Shown piece after piece: positions 1 through 11,732 of a stretch of 64,000 bases of DNA (positions are counted from its first letter, which is position 1; each line of letters opens with the position of its first letter). Origin of the DNA: a virus; IMG/VR virus record IMGVR_UViG_3300032223_002232, positions 32,001 to 96,000 of that record. One strand, given 5' to 3'. Made by a program: the position numbers and the translations under genes. Under the pieces are notes generated by a model, which was given only the letters and a program-made list of their open reading frames with translations, was not told the DNA's origin and ran no database searches.

Positions 1-263
1 ATAAGTGTTAAATTATTAATATTATTAGGTAAGTTACTATCTTTTAAGATGTTGCTATTTTTATTTAAATTAGTTAATATTATACCATTTTTGTTATTAA
101 ATGAAACATCTTGTACATTGTTCAAGAAATCAAAAATATTAAATGACATACCATTATCAAATGTTACTGGTGTCTTTTTTAGACTAAATTGATCGCCTAT
201 AACATTAAAGTTAACTGGACTCCAATATATGTCTGAAATATTATATGAACTAATGGGTATCAT
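1..263 (-). CDS. Partial hypothetical protein, probably structural; runs off the window
   Basis: Manual translation MIPISSYNISDIYWSPVNFNV... is open to position 1. A CTAAATA late motif lies 8 nt upstream. Confidence 0.7.
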   Translation of the reverse strand, partial: MIPISSYNISDIYWSPVNFNVIGDQFSLKKTPVTFDNGMSFNIFDFLNNVQDVSFNNKNGIILTNLNKNSNILKDSNLPNNINNLTL

Positions 264-311
264 CTTTATAATATTTAGAATAAAATACCTGTTTTTGGGG
301 CAAAATATACG

Positions 312-3161
312 TTATGGACTTATAATATATTCTGATGGTTGATGAGTTGTATACGTCTCTGTTGTAGAAGTTATTTGTAATTTTGAACCAAACTTTGTAG
401 CATTACTAGAATCAAGATATATTGCACTAGCGTATTTAGTACCTGTTGTAGCTGTAAATACTGCTTTACGCAAAGGATATGCTTGAACTACACAGTTGTT
501 ACTATCATTAAAGAATCTGCAACCGAAAAGTACATCCCAAATTTGAGTCATGTAAATTGAATTATTACCAGTTTTATTATAAATATCATAACTGCCACTA
601 AGTGCTTGTGTTGTATTGGCATTTCTTAATGTAAATGCTGGGGCTGCAACCCAATTATCAACAACTGTTGATGTTCTAGATACATCAAAAGCTATATTAT
701 TACCGTTTACAGTACCACCATATCCTAAAGTATGTGAAATACCCCATGATGGTAATTTAATTGAAGTTAATGTAGTACCATCAGTTGTAACACCATATGA
801 TCCTCTAGTTGCATCTGTACCAGATGCAGTTACTGGATTTGGTGTTCTATTTGTTGTCATTATTTCACCTTTAACTGAACTAGCAACTAACCAATTTTTA
901 GCTGTTAGTGGCGAAGCTGTTGGGTTTGATGCCAGATATGTAGCAAGAGCACCAGCAACCAGTGGTGTTGCGGCTGATGTTCCATTATGGAATATATATT
1001 TTCCTTTGTATATAGCACCATATGTTGAAGATTGATCTACAAAAAATGGTTCTTGATCAGCACCACTCATTTCACCAGTAATTGTTTTAAATTTATTAGT
1101 ACTATAATTATATGTTGTATTACTAAAACCAGACCAAACAGCGGATGCCTCTGCATAAATATCAACATCTGGTCCAAAATTACTATATGGACTCTTTACA
1201 TAAAACGGTTTTGTAAATGAACCTAGATATGAAGTGCCATTAAATGTTAAACCACTCCATCCATATTTTAAGTTAAGATTGTTTGTACCATTATTAAATA
1301 GAACCCCAGCAGAACCATCTGATGTAAATGGAGCATATGATGTATTATTATATATGAAACAATTAGCTACACCAGCAACAGTGGTATACCATTGAATACC
1401 ATTAATTACATTATAAATTGATCTACAATAACCACCAGTATCATATGTTTGATTTGGATTTGTTTCAAGTGTACCAAGGGCTGTGACACATCCAACTTTA
1501 ATTATTGGATAAGTTGTTCTACTCCAATTTGTACCTGTGCTAGAATCTATTCCAGCACCAATATCTGGTGATGAATATGATAAATTTATTGTATTTGATG
1601 CATTACCAATTGAACATAAAGTATATGTTGTTGTATTATAAGAATCTGCAATTGTATAAACACTACCAAGAGATAAACCAGTAGCATTATCAACATAATT
1701 ACCAGTAGCACTATCAATAACCTTTTGTCTGAATACAGACCATAATGTGTTATTAAAAACAGTTCCAGATGAAGTACCATCGCTTCTTAAGAAAGTTAAC
1801 ATTGGTAATAATGTTGGTGCTTTATAGTTTAATTCTAAATTTGAATTACCAGCAGCTACAACACAATGGATACCGTTAGCTAATAATACTCTAAAATAAG
1901 CATCATAAACATCGTTTTGTCCCGGTAATTGTCTTGAATAAATATTACCTTGATTATTTGTAGTGTTTGTGTAATAATTTAAATTATAAAATGGTAAGGA
2001 ATCATAAAAATCAAAATATGTAACTACACCAGTTGAACCATTTGTAGATGTTATTCTACCTCTAGTTGAACCTAGATCAAAAGATCCAGCAAGTAATCCA
2101 TCATTATTATTACCATTTGGTGTAGGTGATCCAGTTGAAACATATGAATCATACGCAACTGATATTGGACTTATTGGTTTTGTTTTACCAGAAGGTACAC
2201 CTGATGGACCTTGATATAACCAACGAATATTGGTATCTAAGAATGGTCCAGCGAAACCACTTATATATGGTCCATTTACATTCCAACTATTGGAACATAC
2301 TGTTGGTCTACCACTAGATAAACCAAATAAATTATTTTGTTTTGCAAATACAAATCCAACAGCAAGTCTCATACAACAAGCCATACTAAAACCAAATGCT
2401 GCACCCAGTTCACTAACATTTAATGTATAAATTCTTGCATTTTTAGCTAATCCACATTTTAAACCAGCTATCAATGATGCACACTTTGTACCATGACCAT
2501 CAAAATCAACATAATAATTTCCGGGCATACCAGCGTAACCGAATTCGGGTAAAATTGCAGAATATGTGGTATTATTAGTACCAGCATCATATACACCTGT
2601 AAATGGATCTACTAATTGACCCCAATCAAATAATTGTACTAGATTATTTCCAAGATTATCTTTTAAATCTTCACACGAAGGATCTACACCAGTATCAATT
2701 ACTAAAATATCAACGTTTGAACAATCAACAGAATATGACGTTAAAAGATTATTAGCTGGTGCGGTTTGATTATAATCTGGTTTATAATTTGTTGCATAAT
2801 ACAGACCTACAGGTGCTAAATTTCCAGTTGGTGCTGTTTTAGGATATTGTGTTGTACTAAGATTACCACAAGCAGCCCAACTAGCATTTCTATAAATAGC
2901 ATCAGGTTGTCTTTCTTTTACATAAGCCAATGAAATTGTTGTTAAGTCTGTTCTATTTACAGAAACAACATTATCTAATTTCCTAACAGCATCAACTTCT
3001 TCTTGACTGAGTTGAAACTCCATAATATCTGGAACCATATTATGGGGGTCAATACATACCTTTGCGCCCGATAAACAACCAGTACCACTTAATGGATCTG
3101 TTAACAAATCGTAAATATAATCACCTGTATTACGATCTGTTGTTGTTATACAAACTTTCAT
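312..3161 (-). CDS. Subtilisin-like (S8) serine protease, 949 aa
   Basis: Catalytic motifs VIDTG, GHGT, AAGN (oxyanion) and GTSAATP occur in canonical order, after an N-terminal propeptide-like region. Confidence 0.9.
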   Translation of the reverse strand: MKVCITTTDRNTGDYIYDLLTDPLSGTGCLSGAKVCIDPHNMVPDIMEFQLSQEEVDAVRKLDNVVSVNRTDLTTISLAYVKERQPDAIYRNASWAACGNLSTTQYPKTAPTGNLAPVGLYYATNYKPDYNQTAPANNLLTSYSVDCSNVDILVIDTGVDPSCEDLKDNLGNNLVQLFDWGQLVDPFTGVYDAGTNNTTYSAILPEFGYAGMPGNYYVDFDGHGTKCASLIAGLKCGLAKNARIYTLNVSELGAAFGFSMACCMRLAVGFVFAKQNNLFGLSSGRPTVCSNSWNVNGPYISGFAGPFLDTNIRWLYQGPSGVPSGKTKPISPISVAYDSYVSTGSPTPNGNNNDGLLAGSFDLGSTRGRITSTNGSTGVVTYFDFYDSLPFYNLNYYTNTTNNQGNIYSRQLPGQNDVYDAYFRVLLANGIHCVVAAGNSNLELNYKAPTLLPMLTFLRSDGTSSGTVFNNTLWSVFRQKVIDSATGNYVDNATGLSLGSVYTIADSYNTTTYTLCSIGNASNTINLSYSSPDIGAGIDSSTGTNWSRTTYPIIKVGCVTALGTLETNPNQTYDTGGYCRSIYNVINGIQWYTTVAGVANCFIYNNTSYAPFTSDGSAGVLFNNGTNNLNLKYGWSGLTFNGTSYLGSFTKPFYVKSPYSNFGPDVDIYAEASAVWSGFSNTTYNYSTNKFKTITGEMSGADQEPFFVDQSSTYGAIYKGKYIFHNGTSAATPLVAGALATYLASNPTASPLTAKNWLVASSVKGEIMTTNRTPNPVTASGTDATRGSYGVTTDGTTLTSIKLPSWGISHTLGYGGTVNGNNIAFDVSRTSTVVDNWVAAPAFTLRNANTTQALSGSYDIYNKTGNNSIYMTQIWDVLFGCRFFNDSNNCVVQAYPLRKAVFTATTGTKYASAIYLDSSNATKFGSKLQITSTTETYTTHQPSEYIISP

Positions 3162-3167
3162 TGTTTT

Positions 3168-3593
3168 TTAAACAAAGAATACTAATACTTTGTCGCCTGA
3201 TATTGTTGTAGAAAATGTTTTAAATTCTGCATTTGCAACCCTTGCTGCAAAATCACCCCATTTATCGATAGTTGTACTTGCAACCTTACCAGTAAGACTT
3301 ACTATTGGTGCTAATGAATTAACCATTATACTATCAAAAAGCTCACCAATATTATTTTCTGTAGCATAGTTATATAAAAACTCAATTGATGTATTTCTAT
3401 AAAGTTCTGTATATAAAACTATTTGTGATTTACATGAACATGAATTATCATAATAATAACTTACGATTTCTGCTGAAATATAAGGAGCAAATGTTTGAAA
3501 TTTAGTTACAAAATCATCCACTCCAGATAATTGTAACATACCTACGAATACATTTGATATTGGGTTATAAGCTTGTAATGTTTCTAATGTCAT
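3168..3593 (-). CDS. Hypothetical protein
   Basis: 141-aa ORF with TATAAATA 4 nt upstream; ends 6 nt before the protease start. Confidence 0.75.
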   Translation of the reverse strand: MTLETLQAYNPISNVFVGMLQLSGVDDFVTKFQTFAPYISAEIVSYYYDNSCSCKSQIVLYTELYRNTSIEFLYNYATENNIGELFDSIMVNSLAPIVSLTGKVASTTIDKWGDFAARVANAEFKTFSTTISGDKVLVFFV

Positions 3594-3607
3594 ATTATAT
3601 TTATATT

Positions 3608-4030
3608 TTAATTGATAAATTCAATTCCTTCTAATAACTGTGCAGATGCCATATTATTCAACGTATTTTGTAATTCAAATACTGTAACATTTGTTACAAT
3701 ATCTTGTAAATCTGATGATGGGAAAAGTTGAGGTGGTTGATTATATAAAGATGATACTGGTACAGTTTGAACCGAATCTATAGGTAATCCACTAATAAGT
3801 GGTGTAAAATGAGTAACATCGGATTCAAAATTTAATATAGCTGATACAATAGGTTTCATATATTCAGCTATTTGAATTAAAATATCTTTATCTGGATTTA
3901 AATTTGAAATGTTAATATTAACTGGTGAATATTCAGCAGATGGTCTTTTAAATTCAGTTGAATATGGTCTAACTAGTATACCATTTCCAACAATACTAGT
4001 TTCTAATATGCTAAAATTTACTTCATTCAT
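3608..4030 (-). CDS. Hypothetical protein
   Basis: 140-aa ORF co-oriented with neighbours, preceded by TAAATA motifs. Confidence 0.75.
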   Translation of the reverse strand: MNEVNFSILETSIVGNGILVRPYSTEFKRPSAEYSPVNINISNLNPDKDILIQIAEYMKPIVSAILNFESDVTHFTPLISGLPIDSVQTVPVSSLYNQPPQLFPSSDLQDIVTNVTVFELQNTLNNMASAQLLEGIEFIN

Positions 4031-4066
4031 ATATTTGTATTTAATATTTACCCTATTATTTGCAAA

Positions 4067-7000
4067 TTACCAGCTGAGTGTCGCACCATTAAGCGCATAT
4101 GGTCTTGTTATTGAACCTTCATTTGTTAATGAAACCGAACCAAGACCTTCAGTTGAGAATCCTGCTCTACCACCTACGCCTAATGCACCAGATTGAGCAA
4201 ACAATTGAACACCATTTACACCTGTTGCACCAAACCAATTACCATAACCACCCACGCTACCATATTGATCATTTGCTGCATTAAGTCCAGATCCAGTAGC
4301 TGCCCATCCAACAGGTGCTACTGTTGGTGATGATTCTACATAATTTCCAAGTGTTGGATTATTAATTTCCCATGCGAAGAAGTTGCCATTAACATTTTCT
4401 GTAGAAGTATTAGCAACATACCATGATCTACCATTAAATGTATATGTTGATGTTGGAGTCATTACGCCGCCTGCGCCCATACCCCATCCACCAGTTCCTC
4501 CAGCTGCTCTATATGTATATCCATTGACCTGTGATGTTGTTGTTTTTGATGTACATGTACCGTTGAGGCAGAATGACCAACAACTTCTCAATGTATGACC
4601 TGAGCAATATCCAAAGATACTGAATCCACCATCGCAACCACAAGAGCATCCACCACCTGTCATGTCTTGTCCATTACATGTTCCACATGATGAACCTCTA
4701 CTTCGACATGTACAGCCAAAAAGAAAATAAGGACATGTTGTTATTGTAGTTTGGATTGTATTTGTTGATTGCCAGTTAATACCAGCACCACCACCACCAC
4801 CGCCGCCGCCAGCATAGATTCTATTATAGTTAATGAGTGTAATTGGAATATCACTGTATATACATGTTCCACCCGGAGTACCACTACCACCTGCTGATAC
4901 AACTGTACTTGGTGTTGTTGAAGCTGCGCCTGTTGGTGCACCACCAGCACCACCAACACTATGAGCACCATATATGTTACCTAAATTGTAAATCTTAATC
5001 GTAGTTAATCCACTTGGGAAACCATTTTGTGGTGTATTGTTACTGGTTAAGATTGACATAGCAGGACATGGACCTGCTGCTTTATTTGTTAATACTCTAG
5101 CATTTGCCCAAGGTGAAGGTGCTACAGCTTGAGTTTGACTATTACCACCTGCATTACTTGAGTAAATTGTCACACCGTATGGAATAATAACTGTTAAGTT
5201 AAGTGCATTTGTACCATTCCACGTTGAATTCTTTCTAACATATTGGTAAAGATCAAGTTGATCTTGATCAGTTGGAATTGTTAAAGTTAAATTATATGTA
5301 CTACTCTGACCTTGGAAATATGGTGCAGCAATAAATTCTTCATTACTGAATACATAATTTCCACTTGCTGGTGCTGGTGGTGGAACTGGAGGTGTTCCAC
5401 CAGTTGTACCTCCACCGCCTGATGCTGGAGGTGTAGCTGCTGGTGTTTGTGAAAGTGCTGGTGTCTGTGTTACAGGATTTGAAGGTGTTTGTGTTACAGG
5501 ATTTGAAGGTGTTTGTGTTACAGGATTTGAAGGTGTTTGTGTAAATGTAGGAGTTGGTGTGTTGTAATTTGATGGTGTAACCGTCTTTGTCATCGTAGGC
5601 GTTACAGACGGTGTATTTGGTGGTGTTGTTGGTGTTACAGTTGGTGTGATTGTTGGTGTAACAGATGGTGTATTTACTGGTGTTCTTGTGACTGTTGGAG
5701 TTACAGTTGAAGATGGTGTATTTGTTGGTGTGATTGTAGATGTATTTGTAAGCGTAATTGTCGGACTGTTTGTAGGTGTATTTGTAGGTGTATTTGTAGG
5801 TGTATTTGTAGGTGTTGCTGTTGGTGATGATGTTGCACCCGGAGTTACAGTTGGTGTTGCCGTTTGTGAATTTGTAGGTGTAACTGTCTTTGTAGGAGTA
5901 TTTGTTGGTGTAGTTGTTGGTGTAACAGTAACCGTTGATGTAACTGTTAACGTTACAGATGGAGTAACACTATTAGTTATAGTTGGCGTTACGGTATTTG
6001 TAGGAGTATTTGTAGGAGTATTTGTAGGTGTAACTGTAGGCGTTACGGTTGGTGTATTTGTAGGAGTTGATGTTGCGCCAGATGTTTGTGTTGCTGTAAC
6101 GGTAGATGTTACTGTAGGAGTTGTTGTAGGAGTTGTTGTAGGAGTTACAGTTGGTGTTACGGTCGGAGTATTTGTAGGCGTTACTGTTGCCGTAACAGTT
6201 GGTGTGTTTGTTGGTGTAGCAGTTGGTGATGATGTTGCAGCAGGTGTATTTGTTGATGTTACGGTTACAGTAACAGTTGGTGTGACTGTTGGTGTATTTG
6301 TAGGAGTTACAGTAGGTGTTGTTGTTGGGGTTACCGTAGGAGTATTTGTAGGCGTTACTGTAGGTGTATTTGTTGGTGTTACAGTTGGTGTTGATGTTGC
6401 ACCAGATGATTGTGTTACAGTAACCGTCACAGTTACAGTTGGTGTATTTGTAGATGTAACTGTTGGTGTATTTGTAGGAGTTACAGTTGGTGTATTTGTC
6501 GGCGTTACAGTTGGTGTATTTGTTGGAGTATTTGTAGGTGTTACGGTTGGTGTTGATGTTGCACCAGATGATTGTGTTACTGTAACTGTAGTTGTAACGG
6601 TTGGGGTGTTTGTAGGTGTAACTGTTGGAGTAACAGTAGGAGTAACTGTTGGAGTAACTGTTGGAGTAGTTGTAGGTGTTACGGTAGGAGTAGTTGTAGG
6701 TGTTATTGTAGGTGTAACGGTTGCCGTGTTTGTAGGAGTAACTGTTGGGGTTGCAAATTGTGTTTTTGTTACAGTTACAGTTGTTGTTGATGTAACTGTA
6801 GTTGTAACGGTTGGGGTGTTTGTAGGTGTAACTGTTGGAGTAACTGTAGGAGTTACTGTTGGTGTAACTGTAGGAGTATTTGTTGGTGTTACTGATGTTG
6901 TTATTGTTGGCGTTACAGTTGGTGTTGCTGTTGGTGTGGATGTTGCACCAGATGTCGGTGATACTGTTACTGTTGTTGTAACTGTCGTTGTTGGTGTAAT

Positions 7001-10000
7001 TGTAGGAGTTGGTGTATTTGTAGGAGTTACAGTTGGTGTATTTGTAGGAGTTACGGTAGCAGAATTTGTAGGTGTTAATGAATTGGTTGGTGTAACTGTT
7101 TGAGTAGTTGTTGGTGTTATTGTTGGTGTAATTGTCGCTGTTACTGTTGGTGTGGATGTTGCCGTTGGTGATGATGTTGCGCCCGGAGTTACGGAAACAG
7201 TAGGAGTTATTGTTGTTGTTGGTGTGATCGTTGCTGAATTTGTTATTGTTGGTGTAATTGTCGGCGTAGCTGTAATAGTAGGTGTTATAGTCGGCGTTGG
7301 TGTTATTGTATTGGTTGGTGTTCTTGTGGGGGTTACAGTAGTTGTAACAGTTGATGTAATTGTTGGAGTGATTGATGGCGTATTTGTAATTGTTGCAGTA
7401 ACAGATGGTGTTGGTGTACTTGTTATTGTTGATGTTATTGTTGGGGTTGGGGTTGCCGTTGGTGTAGGAGATCCAAGCGGTGTTCTTGTGACTGTTATAG
7501 TTGGCGTAACTGTGTTTGTTGGTGTTATCGTTGCAGTCTGTGTTACTGTTGGTGTAACAGTTACAGTATTTGTAGGTGTGAGTGTTGGTGTTACGGAACT
7601 TGTTGGTGTATTGGTTGGTGTTATTGTTGATGTTACAGTTGGTGTTATAGTTGCAGTAACTGTAGTTGTGGGTGTAACTGTAGGTGTTGATGATGCCGCT
7701 GGTGTATTTGTAGGTGTGACGGTTGCTGTAACTGTTGATGTTACAGTTGGTGTGTTTGTTGGACTATTTGTAGGAGTAATAGTCTGAGTATTTGTTTGTG
7801 TAACAGTAGGTGTATTTGTAGATGTTGGTGTATTTGTTGGTGTTATAGTAGGAGTTTTTGTAACTGTAGCTGTTTGTGTATTTGTAGGAGTAATTGTTGG
7901 TGTAACCGTTACAGAAACAGTTGGTGTATTTGTAGGAGTTGAGGATGCTGCTGGTGTATTTGTCGGTGTTACAGTTGGTGTGTTTGTTGGACTTACAGTT
8001 GGTGTGTTTGTAGGTGTAACTGTTTGACTATTTGTCGGTGTATTTGTAGGAGTGTTTGTAGGAGTTACAGTTTGTGTTTTTGTAACTGTAGCTGTGACTG
8101 TAGGTGTGATAGTAGGTGTTACTGTATTTGTAGGAGTATTTGTAGGAGTTACGGTTGGAGAGTTTGTGGGTGTATTTGTTGGCGTAACTGTTACAGATGC
8201 TGTTGGAGTATTTGTAGGTGTTGATGATGCCGCTGGTGTTTGAGATTGTGTTACTGTTACAGTAACGGTTGGTGATACTGTTGGTGTAATTGTTGCAGTA
8301 ACAGATGGTGTAGGTGTTATCGTCACACTTGTTGTAGGTGTGATTGTTGGAGTATTTGTAGGTGTGAATGTAGGCGTTACAGTTACGGTATTTGTAGGAG
8401 TTACCGTTGCTGTAGTTGTTGGAGTAATTGTTGGTGTAACCGTTACAGATACCGTTGGAGTAATTGTTGGAGTTGAAGATGCCGCTGGTGTGTTTGTAGG
8501 AGTATTGGTCTGTGTATTTGTAGGAGTATTTGTAGGGGTGTTTGTAGGAGTTACAGTTTGTGTTTTTGTAATTGTTGGAGTAACTGTTACAGTGTTTGTT
8601 GGTGTTACTGATTTTGTTGGTGTTACAGTTTGTGTAACGGTTACAGTATTTGTTGGTGTTACGGTAGGAGTTACTGTTGATGTTGGTGTAATTGTCGCTG
8701 TTACTGTTGGTGTTACAGTTGGTGTTGAAGATGCAGCTGGTGTGTTCGTAGGTGTTACAGTAACAGTCGATGTATTTGTTGGAGTTGCCGTTGATGTTAC
8801 AGTTGGAGTTGGAGTGTTTGTAGGTGTAACTGTTGGAGTAACAGTTGGAGTTACTGTTGTTGTTTTTGTAACCGTAACCGTAGGTGTAATAGTTGCTGTA
8901 TTTGTAGGAGTATTTGTTGGTGTAACTGTTATTGTAACAGTTGGAGTTACTGATGCAGCTGGTGTTTGTGTTTGTGTAACAGTTGGTGTAATTGTTGGAG
9001 TGATTGTTGGTGTCTTTGTAACCGTAACTGTAGGTGTAGCTGTGCGAGTTGTTGTAGTGGTTATAGTTGGCGATACTGTTGGGGTAATCGTCGGTGTTAA
9101 TGTTGGCGTTCTTGTTGGTGTAGCAGTAGGCTTTGGTGTTTGTTCAAAAACAGGAACATCAGAATTGGCTAATTTAATTGTTGTAGCACCTCCACTATAA
9201 TAATTTAAAGTGTATTTAGAGTTACTATCTAATGGTGAATATAATGAATAAAATGCATTATATGGTGCTATTTGAAATGGTGCACAATAATTGCTAAGTG
9301 TTGAATTACTATTATCAGCTTTATTGTTAACTAATTGATTTTTAAATGTACTACTGAATATATATCCTGAAATATCTATTGTAGAATTATTTAAGAAAAC
9401 ATAATTTGGATTATTTTGATTACTATAATTTAAACTAATTACATATGAATAATCATATGTAGTTGATTTATTAGAAGTTAAATTAAATGTCCAAGTTGTA
9501 AGACCAAATCTATATGGCGTTACTATATTAAAAGATCTTTCAAAATTTAAAAATTGGAAATTTGTATTATTATAATTTAAAAATAAACGTCTATAAGTTT
9601 GATTATTTGAATCATCAATTGCAAGTGAACTTAATGTAAAATTAGTGCCTCTAAAAATTTGATCATTTAAAGTTAAATCGGTATTGGCTCCAATATTATA
9701 AAAAGATCTGGCTGTAAAATTACCATCAAATATTATTGATGCATTTAAATTACTACCATTACCAATTTCGGTATTTGTATTATAATCTAAAAATATAATT
9801 TTATTAAAATTACCAATGTTTTCTGTATTAATAAAACCTCTACTATGATAGGTCGGATTTACTCTATCAGAATTACCAATAATAGACAATCCGTAACCGG
9901 GATAATAATCAGGACCAGATGCACCTTGTATTAATTTCCAAGCTGTAGTATTCCAAGTTGCTGTACTTAAAAAGTATGGATCAGTTTGATTAATACCACA

Positions 10001-11668
10001 AACATATAATTTTGCATTTGAATATGCATCAATAGCACCATATGCATAGGTAGATGTACCAAGCATTGCTATTGTTATGTTTTGGATATTGGTTACGCCA
10101 GAATAAAAAATTAAAGCTGTTGAATCAAGAGCATTTGTATCAAACTCAAAACATAAATTTTTTAAATTTAAAGTTGTTTTTGGATGATGTGAAAATGAAA
10201 TTTGCCTTGCAAAAATTGGGTTGTTTCCATTTGAATAACAATCAATCCAATTTGATGCATTTGTTCCAAAATCTGAAAATTTTAAATTGTTATCAAAACT
10301 AATATACGTTCTAGTAGTTATTTTTCTTGGTGATATATTAAAAGGTTTTTTATCGGTATATACTGGAATAAAATTATTAGTTAAAAGGTTTGTTATGAGT
10401 TCTCCAATTTCATACATACCCAAAATTTCTACAGATAAGAAATCTAAATTAGATAAACTGAAATATGAAAATCCACCAGTTAAAGGAACACCTTTGTTTT
10501 TAGCCCAAATAAAATCACCACCTTTAATTCCTTGTGCATATAAATCTGGTTGATTAGCCTTCATCCAGTTTTCACTGAAATAAGCTGATGAAAGATTTCC
10601 ATTAAATGTACAACCAGAATAAGTTCCATCGTTTTTTGAATTATCTTCACCACAAACTAAATCATCATATATTAAAATTTTTAAAGAATTGCCAAATAGA
10701 TTATTATTTGAAACATAATCTAATACAGCTTTTATATTTTTAAAGAATGGTTTTGCTACACCAAAATCATCATTATGATCATGATCCCAAGCTGAACTTG
10801 TTTGTGATCTCACTACACTAATATTATCAGTAGATTGACTATCAGATGGTTTTACACCAAAAATATAATCGTTTTGATTTACTAGTGATAATTTATTTGC
10901 ATAATTATATTTTAAATTTGAAGATGTATCTAATGCAATATTAGCATATAGTTTATCACCATATAAATTTCCACCAATTGTTAAATTTTGATCTACATTT
11001 ATATCATTAGCTGTTAATTTATTAAATTTAGTAAATTGCGCAGAAACATAAGATGTATTTGTATTATTGTTTAGATATAAATTATTAACATATAAATTAT
11101 TTGATTGAATTTCAAAATTAATAGAACTTAAAATTTGATTATGAGTTAAAGACGTACTAGTTATATTGTTATATATTGTAGAAAGTAAATTTATAGTTGT
11201 GGTATTAATTGTATCACCAATTAATGTATTAAATGTTGCATTTGTATTTGAAGATATATTAGGTACAAAAGTTATACCGTTTGGATATCTTACATTTAAA
11301 CTTAAATTACCAACAAGATTATTACCTGTAATGGATGGTATATATGCATCTATAATTCCAACACTACCATTAATATCAAAATTAAAAATTGGATCTACTT
11401 TATTATAACCTATTTTATTGTTTTTAAGAATTAATGTATCATTAGATGTGAAAACTCTAGAGTTCTTATAAGATGAACTTATCCCAATTGTTAAGAAATA
11501 ATAAGTCTGTTCAGCTTGTGCAGTAGTATATGATAAAGGTAAACCTAAACAAGGTTCAACTGAATCAAGAGTTATAAACCCATAATTATAGGCATTACTA
11601 TTAATATCCGAAGCCGTTAAAGGCTTAAGAGGAAATAATTGTGTCAATGGAGTTAATGATATATCCAT
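4067..11668 (-). CDS. Giant fibre-like protein: N-terminal beta-rich region, ~1,230-aa Thr/Pro mucin-like stalk, Gly-rich C-terminal head with Cys-rich insert
   Basis: ~2,530-aa ORF. Likely start is ATG 11668 after an AGGGAG SD. The first ~830 aa are paralogous to 11733..14249. Confidence 0.8.
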   Translation of the reverse strand: MDISLTPLTQLFPLKPLTASDINSNAYNYGFITLDSVEPCLGLPLSYTTAQAEQTYYFLTIGISSSYKNSRVFTSNDTLILKNNKIGYNKVDPIFNFDINGSVGIIDAYIPSITGNNLVGNLSLNVRYPNGITFVPNISSNTNATFNTLIGDTINTTTINLLSTIYNNITSTSLTHNQILSSINFEIQSNNLYVNNLYLNNNTNTSYVSAQFTKFNKLTANDINVDQNLTIGGNLYGDKLYANIALDTSSNLKYNYANKLSLVNQNDYIFGVKPSDSQSTDNISVVRSQTSSAWDHDHNDDFGVAKPFFKNIKAVLDYVSNNNLFGNSLKILIYDDLVCGEDNSKNDGTYSGCTFNGNLSSAYFSENWMKANQPDLYAQGIKGGDFIWAKNKGVPLTGGFSYFSLSNLDFLSVEILGMYEIGELITNLLTNNFIPVYTDKKPFNISPRKITTRTYISFDNNLKFSDFGTNASNWIDCYSNGNNPIFARQISFSHHPKTTLNLKNLCFEFDTNALDSTALIFYSGVTNIQNITIAMLGTSTYAYGAIDAYSNAKLYVCGINQTDPYFLSTATWNTTAWKLIQGASGPDYYPGYGLSIIGNSDRVNPTYHSRGFINTENIGNFNKIIFLDYNTNTEIGNGSNLNASIIFDGNFTARSFYNIGANTDLTLNDQIFRGTNFTLSSLAIDDSNNQTYRRLFLNYNNTNFQFLNFERSFNIVTPYRFGLTTWTFNLTSNKSTTYDYSYVISLNYSNQNNPNYVFLNNSTIDISGYIFSSTFKNQLVNNKADNSNSTLSNYCAPFQIAPYNAFYSLYSPLDSNSKYTLNYYSGGATTIKLANSDVPVFEQTPKPTATPTRTPTLTPTITPTVSPTITTTTTRTATPTVTVTKTPTITPTITPTVTQTQTPAASVTPTVTITVTPTNTPTNTATITPTVTVTKTTTVTPTVTPTVTPTNTPTPTVTSTATPTNTSTVTVTPTNTPAASSTPTVTPTVTATITPTSTVTPTVTPTNTVTVTQTVTPTKSVTPTNTVTVTPTITKTQTVTPTNTPTNTPTNTQTNTPTNTPAASSTPTITPTVSVTVTPTITPTTTATVTPTNTVTVTPTFTPTNTPTITPTTSVTITPTPSVTATITPTVSPTVTVTVTQSQTPAASSTPTNTPTASVTVTPTNTPTNSPTVTPTNTPTNTVTPTITPTVTATVTKTQTVTPTNTPTNTPTNSQTVTPTNTPTVSPTNTPTVTPTNTPAASSTPTNTPTVSVTVTPTITPTNTQTATVTKTPTITPTNTPTSTNTPTVTQTNTQTITPTNSPTNTPTVTSTVTATVTPTNTPAASSTPTVTPTTTVTATITPTVTSTITPTNTPTSSVTPTLTPTNTVTVTPTVTQTATITPTNTVTPTITVTRTPLGSPTPTATPTPTITSTITSTPTPSVTATITNTPSITPTITSTVTTTVTPTRTPTNTITPTPTITPTITATPTITPTITNSATITPTTTITPTVSVTPGATSSPTATSTPTVTATITPTITPTTTQTVTPTNSLTPTNSATVTPTNTPTVTPTNTPTPTITPTTTVTTTVTVSPTSGATSTPTATPTVTPTITTSVTPTNTPTVTPTVTPTVTPTVTPTNTPTVTTTVTSTTTVTVTKTQFATPTVTPTNTATVTPTITPTTTPTVTPTTTPTVTPTVTPTVTPTVTPTNTPTVTTTVTVTQSSGATSTPTVTPTNTPTNTPTVTPTNTPTVTPTNTPTVTSTNTPTVTVTVTVTQSSGATSTPTVTPTNTPTVTPTNTPTVTPTTTPTVTPTNTPTVTPTVTVTVTSTNTPAATSSPTATPTNTPTVTATVTPTNTPTVTPTVTPTTTPTTTPTVTSTVTATQTSGATSTPTNTPTVTPTVTPTNTPTNTPTNTVTPTITNSVTPSVTLTVTSTVTVTPTTTPTNTPTKTVTPTNSQTATPTVTPGATSSPTATPTNTPTNTPTNTPTNSPTITLTNTSTITPTNTPSSTVTPTVTRTPVNTPSVTPTITPTVTPTTPPNTPSVTPTMTKTVTPSNYNTPTPTFTQTPSNPVTQTPSNPVTQTPSNPVTQTPALSQTPAATPPASGGGGTTGGTPPVPPPAPASGNYVFSNEEFIAAPYFQGQSSTYNLTLTIPTDQDQLDLYQYVRKNSTWNGTNALNLTVIIPYGVTIYSSNAGGNSQTQAVAPSPWANARVLTNKAAGPCPAMSILTSNNTPQNGFPSGLTTIKIYNLGNIYGAHSVGGAGGAPTGAASTTPSTVVSAGGSGTPGGTCIYSDIPITLINYNRIYAGGGGGGGGAGINWQSTNTIQTTITTCPYFLFGCTCRSRGSSCGTCNGQDMTGGGCSCGCDGGFSIFGYCSGHTLRSCWSFCLNGTCTSKTTTSQVNGYTYRAAGGTGGWGMGAGGVMTPTSTYTFNGRSWYVANTSTENVNGNFFAWEINNPTLGNYVESSPTVAPVGWAATGSGLNAANDQYGSVGGYGNWFGATGVNGVQLFAQSGALGVGGRAGFSTEGLGSVSLTNEGSITRPYALNGATLSW
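5430..9140 (-). repeat. Low-complexity coding repeat ([12 protein letters not shown])n
   Basis: About 3.7 kb of degenerate 12-bp units (e.g. gtaggtgtattt on +) encoding Thr at alternate residues. Confidence 0.95.
5460..5541 (-). repeat. 24-bp tandem repeat, ~3.3 copies, encoding TPSNPVTQ
   Basis: ggtgtttgtgttacaggatttgaa is repeated near-perfectly. Confidence 0.9.
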
Positions 11669-11732
11669 AATCAACTCCCTTAACTTGGCTCATTTTGCCA
11701 TTTTAAAAATATTTTTAATAAAAATGCATTCA

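Noticed and set aside
6572-6790. Cys-rich 72-aa ORF resembling a metallothionein or RiPP precursor
   Set aside because: An alternative-frame reading of the GT-rich repeat, with no expression signals.
5430-9140. Possible CRISPR array or non-coding satellite
   Set aside because: There is no constant repeat with unique spacers. Variation is at synonymous positions within an open frame.
5646-9200. Long plus-strand (VGVT/VGVF)n ORFs of 485, 211 and 286 aa
   Set aside because: These are antisense shadows of Thr/Pro codons. They are broken by stops while the minus frame is continuous.
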